Source: Chiloscyllium plagiosum (lineage: Eukaryota). Taken from it: DNA of 64,000 nt. Numbering within the stretch: position 1 is the first letter of the stretch; each line of letters starts with the position of its first letter. The notes under the pieces were generated by a model. It saw only the letters and a list, made by a program, of their open reading frames with translations, did no database searches and was not told the origin of the DNA. Shown piece by piece: positions 62,118 to 64,000 of this stretch. Position numbers and translations under genes: made by a program. The stretch spans positions 25,038,736 through 25,102,735 of the forward strand of contig NC_057720.1 in NCBI RefSeq assembly GCF_004010195.1, written 5' to 3'.

Positions 62118-62902
62118 ATGTTCACTTTTGCCTTTTTAGTCCGAAATGGTCACATGGTAAACCCTCCTTCAGCTTCCTTCACGTTGTATGTGTTCAAGTA
62201 ATGTATTCCAACACCTAGAACTACGTTGCTTTATTTACCAGGATATCTGTGTTCTGTATTTTATATTACAATCCTTTACACTGTTATTGGAGGTGAAATA
62301 AATGGGCTAGTTTATTCGTGGTCAGACAGCATACCAAGCAGCCTTGCCAAATAATGATGCAGTTCTTCCCAGATTGTTAGAAAACATGAATCGAGAAAAA
62401 CAAATCAGCTATGACCGAATGGTAGAGCAGACTTGATGGACCAAATTGTCTAATTCTACTCCTATATCTTATGGTCTGATGGACACACCTCACTGTTTCA
62501 TTGTAAACCATAGTGTCTACAACTAACAGTAAATAAATACTATGTATAAAGAATAAAGTTTTAAACGGAATATTAGATTTATGAAGTTTAATTCCAAAAC
62601 ACCTGAATAAGTTATAACATGAATGAAATTTAAGCTATTTGACCATTCTAAATCAATGGTACAGGTGTTATCCTGTTCTTGCTATGGTAACCCCCAAAAG
62701 TCTTGGATATTTGCCTGCAATACCATAGTATTTCCAATATGAAGTCGGTTGTTAATCATGCTTTGTTAATCCTGTTGATTCACAATGATAATATTTAAGC
62801 AATTCATTATCGTTAAGGATAAAGAAGTTCTTCACATCATAGTTACTTCTTATTGCACATTTCCTTTCTGAATTATTTTCTGTCCGAACTTCCTTCTGTT
62901 AG

Positions 62903-63271
62903 ATGTGCAGCGACTGATTGCACCTGGGGTCGATGAGAGCACAAAGCATTCCAGATTAGAAGATGATGAACTCCTCCAGGTGGAAATGAAAGAATCAATG
63001 ATGAGTGAGCACCCTGGCGTATTTAGTGCACCCTTAACAATAAAGAAATCTGAGTTGAGCATCGTCGAGGAAACACTTGAAAGCAAAGCTAGCCAAGTTG
63101 CAGTCAGTGCATCGAAGAATAACAGCAAAAAGGATTTTGTGACAACATTGCATTCCCCAGGACAGGAAACCCATTCTGCCAGATCTACACCTCTCCTTTC
63201 TCCAACCTTGGCAGGTGGTAATGACATATCACTTACTGAATCTGAAAAGGAGAAAATACAACCTGATACAG
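62903..63271 (+). CDS. SZT2: SZT2 exon V, DVQRLIAPG...PLLSPTLAG...; 3' end uncertain
   Basis: tag|AT, DVQRL matches recalled human; candidate phase-1 donors after 63214, 63217 or 63271. Confidence 0.8.
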
Positions 63272-63871
63272 GTAGCAGACTGAAGTCATTTGTATGTAAC
63301 TTATTTAGGACTGTAATGAAATGGTCTGTAGTTTTGGTCATGTAGTGTCGGTGAATTGTCTTGTATGTTTTGGATGGATACTTTTACAGACAAATATGAG
63401 CAGGCCCATGGAGAGAAATTGTGGCCCTTCACACTTCTGTTTCTAGGCCACATATTTTGAAAATGCCTCCTATTATCCCACATTTAGCCACCCCCTTGAA
63501 ATCTTTTGAATGCCTGGAATTAGGGCACATTGACTGTGTCAGTGTTACCTCTATGCTGCAAGGGAGCTCCTCACAGTCAGGTTGTCAAGCTGATGAATGG
63601 TTTCCACTTCTGGAAGCTGCTGCTATATATATATACCTCAGAGGTCCATGCAGCAGTAACAATAATCACAGTGAGACTGAACAAAATCTTATAAGTTTAA
63701 CAAAACTTCTTGGCTTTTATATTCTATGCTCCAAGATATAAAGTCCAACAAAAACTTTGGTTTTAGGAAAATACATTTCAGAGCCATGGTTTATCAGACA
63801 ATTATATATTACGCAACCAACTGCACTGCTTTGAACTTGGCCATATGTACAATAGTTGATCCTTAAACACT

Positions 63872-64000
63872 GGAGAAAGTGAGGACTGCAGATGCTGGAG
63901 ATCAGAGCTGAAAATGTATTGCTGGGAAAGTGCAGCAGGTCAGGCAGCATCCAAGGAGCAGGAGAATCGACGTTTCGGGCATGAGCCCTTCTTCAGGAAT
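63872..64000 (-). mobile_element. Penelope 3' terminal repeat with hammerhead-like core (63969-63996); runs to the window edge
   Basis: ctgaagaagggctcatgcccgaaacgtc on the minus strand; matches 33069-33196. Confidence 0.88.

Noticed and set aside
62850..63341. 163-aa minus-strand ORF
   Set aside because: Antisense shadow of SZT2 exon V

Overview
Eukaryotic (vertebrate) genomic DNA, most likely a shark or other elasmobranch. This is inferred from HE1/V-SINEs, Deu-SINE relics and the CR1/Penelope repeat set. The window lies inside one + strand gene, SZT2 (KICSTOR scaffold, mTORC1 amino-acid sensing). I traced 22 internal coding exons from 2962 to about 63271. They splice into one open frame of about 1,180 codons with consistent phases; the start and stop codons lie outside the window. 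The introns are dense with retroelements: CR1-group LINEs, Rex1/Babar, RTE, tRNA-derived SINEs, two kinds of Penelope-like elements, and many tiny Penelope terminal-repeat insertions carrying minimal hammerhead-ribozyme motifs. The most notable items are: (1) a 92-bp hairpin insertion with a hammerhead motif on each strand and a 17-bp target duplication; (2) a stop-free, in-frame 90-nt GC-AG intron; (3) an unclassified ~600-bp element with 115-130-bp inverted termini; (4) a LINE with a tRNA-like head plus a short head+tail derivative; (5) a 36-bp minisatellite that creates spurious ~500-aa ORFs. Exon boundaries were read base by base. Repeat boundaries are approximate, and family names and the human SZT2 comparisons come from recalled sequence, not a database search.
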